Under the pieces are notes generated by a model that saw only the letters and a program-made list of their open reading frames with translations, was not told where the DNA came from and made no database searches. Below, one piece after another: positions 37,268-39,186 of a stretch of DNA of 39,186 nucleotides (position 1 is the first letter of the stretch; every line of letters begins with the position of its first letter). Both the position numbers and the translations under genes were made by a program. Source of the stretch: Peribolospora baueri (taxonomy: Eukaryota); contig JAMDHS010000132.1 of the NCBI GenBank assembly GCA_029717555.1, positions 1-39,186 of the forward strand. The letters run 5' to 3'.

Positions 37268-39186
37268 ATGCAGTCCGAGGCAGAGCGACTCCGATCCTTC
37301 GGCTCCTCTCGCGGTCGCTCCAAGGCCGCCTCGCCCGCATGGCCTCACCCTGCCAAAGGCTTCCGACCCACGCCCACATCGCTAGCCGCGGCCGGTTTCT
37401 ACTTCACCCCATCCTCTTCCGCCCCAGACAACGTGACGTGTTTCTTATGTGGCAAGTCGCTGGACGGATGGGAGGCCACTGACGACCCCTTTAACGAGCA
37501 CCTCACCCACGCCGGTGACTGCGCCTGGGCCAAAGTGCGATGTGCGGTCGAAGCCGATTTCGAGTCTAGTCCATACGGGGAAGGAGGGAGGCTTAGGACG
37601 GAATACTCGGACGAGGAGAGGTTGCCAAGCGGAAAGACGATGGAGAAGGCACGGTTGGAGACATTCGGGACTTGGTGGCCACATGATGGCAAGAAGGGAT
37701 GGAGCCGCGGACCGACATCTAAAAAGGTAAAAAAAAAAAAAGGGAAAAAAATTGTGCCCGTGCTCTAAGCAGTTAAGGCAGCCGGCTGACTCTGTTTTCA
37801 AACGAAAGCTCGCGAAGGCCGGCTTTCATTGCGCATCAGGGGAGGAGTCGGAAGACATGGCCTCCTGTGTGTACTGCACCCTCTCGCTCGATGGGTGGGA
37901 GAAGGAAGACGATCCCATGTGAGGCCCTCTTTCTTTCTGTAGTTCGTCAAGAGTTGCACGCTAATGCGACTTCTCTTTTGTCCAATCCCAGGCATGAGCA
38001 CCGACGACGAAGGCCGGACTGTCCCTTCTTCAGCGCCAAGCGCGTGAAAACTTCCAAGGGAAAGGCACGCTCAAAGGGCAAAGCGAAAGTGGACGAACAA
38101 GAAACCGAGGTAAAGCACAGCGATGCAGAGCTACCCACGACCGGTGGCGAAGAGGAGCCAGAGCGAGAGGAGGGGAAGCGAGAACGGAGAGATACCAAAG
38201 GTACGGCCCGGGTCATAAATTCAGCAGAGGCGAACCGCCCAGCCGCCGAAGCGAAGTACTCCGATGATGAGCCGCTCACGGCCGGTCGCGAAGAAGGGCA
38301 GGTGCGAGAGGAAGGCAAACGACGCCCAAGGGCTACCAAGGGCATGGCTCGGTCCAAGAGCTCGGCAAGAGTGGACCTCCCGGAGTCCGAGACGAAGCAT
38401 TCTGATGCTGTGCCGCCCACGACTGGGCATGAAGAGAGGTCGGAGCAAGAGGAAGGCGTGCGGCGCCCCAGAACGACGAAGGGCAAGGCTGGGTCCAAGA
38501 GCTCTTCAAAAGCGAACCACGTACAGCCTGAAGCCCTCAGCGATAATGAGCCGCCTACGACCGCCATCGAAGAGGAGCTGGGGCAAGAGGAAGGCAAGCG
38601 GCGCCCGAGAGCGACTAAAGGCAAAGCTGGACCCAAGAGCTCTCCAAAAGCGGATCACGCTAACATTGAAGATCTCACCGATACCGAGCTGGCCACGACC
38701 GCCGGCGAAGAGGAGGCGGAGCGAGAGGAAAGCAAGCGACGCCCAAGGGCGACTAAGGGCAAGGCTGGGTCCAAGAGCTCTTCAAAAGCGAACCACGTAC
38801 AGCCTGAAGCGACTACGAGCAAGGCTGGACCCAAGAGCTCTCCAAAAGCGGATCACGCTAACACTGAAGATCTCACCGATACCGAGCTGGCCACGACCGC
38901 CGGCGAAGAGGAGGCGGAGCGAGAGGAAAGCAAGCGGCGCCCCAGAACGACTAAGGGCAAGGCTGGGTCCAAGAGCTCTTCAAAAGCGAACCACGTACAG
39001 CCTGAAGCGACTACGAGCAAGGCTGGACCCAAGAGCTCTCCAAAAGCGGATCACGCTAACACTGAAGATCTCACCGATACCGAGCTGGCCACGACCGCCG
39101 GCGAAGAGGAGGCGGAGCGAGAGGAAAGCAAGCGGCGCCCCAGAACGACTAAGGGCAAGGCTGGGTCCAAGAGCTCTTCAAAAGCG
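37268..39186 (+). CDS. BIR1: BIR-domain protein (Bir1/survivin, chromosomal passenger complex); runs off the window end
   Basis: BIR1: RLRSF...WPHP...LAAAGFYF...DNVTCFLCGKSLDGWEATDDPFNEHLTHAGDCAW. BIR2: RLETFGTWWPHD...|LAKAGF...CVYCTLSLDGWEKEDDP|MHEHRRRRPDCPFF. Exons 37268-37726, 37809-37918, 37992->39186, open to the end. Confidence 0.93.
38100..39186 (+). repeat. In-frame coding tandem repeat array in BIR1 (141/138-bp old units, 198-bp young units)
   Basis: Equivalent positions at 38161, 38302, 38443, 38581, 38719, 38917, 39115, giving spacings 141, 141, 138, 138, 198, 198. Confidence 0.95.

Noticed and set aside
38100..39186. Repeat array as CRISPR or mobile element
   Set aside because: No unique spacers, all periods are multiples of 3, and it is continuous in frame with the BIR1 exon in a eukaryotic gene.

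Overview
Eukaryotic, GC-rich, intron-rich fungal DNA. Splice signals (GTGAG/GTGCG/GTACG donors, CTGAC/CTAAC branch points, YAG acceptors) and the protein families point to a basidiomycete, possibly Ustilaginomycotina (inference). It is a gene-dense housekeeping block: exosome RNase-PH subunit (MTR3-like, 5' truncated), prefoldin 6, a CAP59-like glycosyltransferase, proteasome ATPase RPT6, an orphan multi-exon membrane protein, a 927-aa single-pass surface protein, ribosomal eL42, calcineurin A, a copper-fist transcription factor, splicing factor CLF1, a 4-TM protein with a His-rich tail, a J-domain protein, WAPL, and BIR1/survivin (3' truncated). I reconstructed gene models by hand from splice sites; no database searches were run. 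I saw no tRNA, rRNA, CRISPR array or intact transposon, and no clear-cut novel multi-gene system. The most notable observations are: an expanding higher-order coding repeat in BIR1; a WAPL/BIR1 head-to-head pair; telomere-like TTAGGG motifs in promoter regions; a probable spliced pseudogene whose lesions are all transitions; two orphan membrane proteins; and microexons, including an ATG-only first coding exon.
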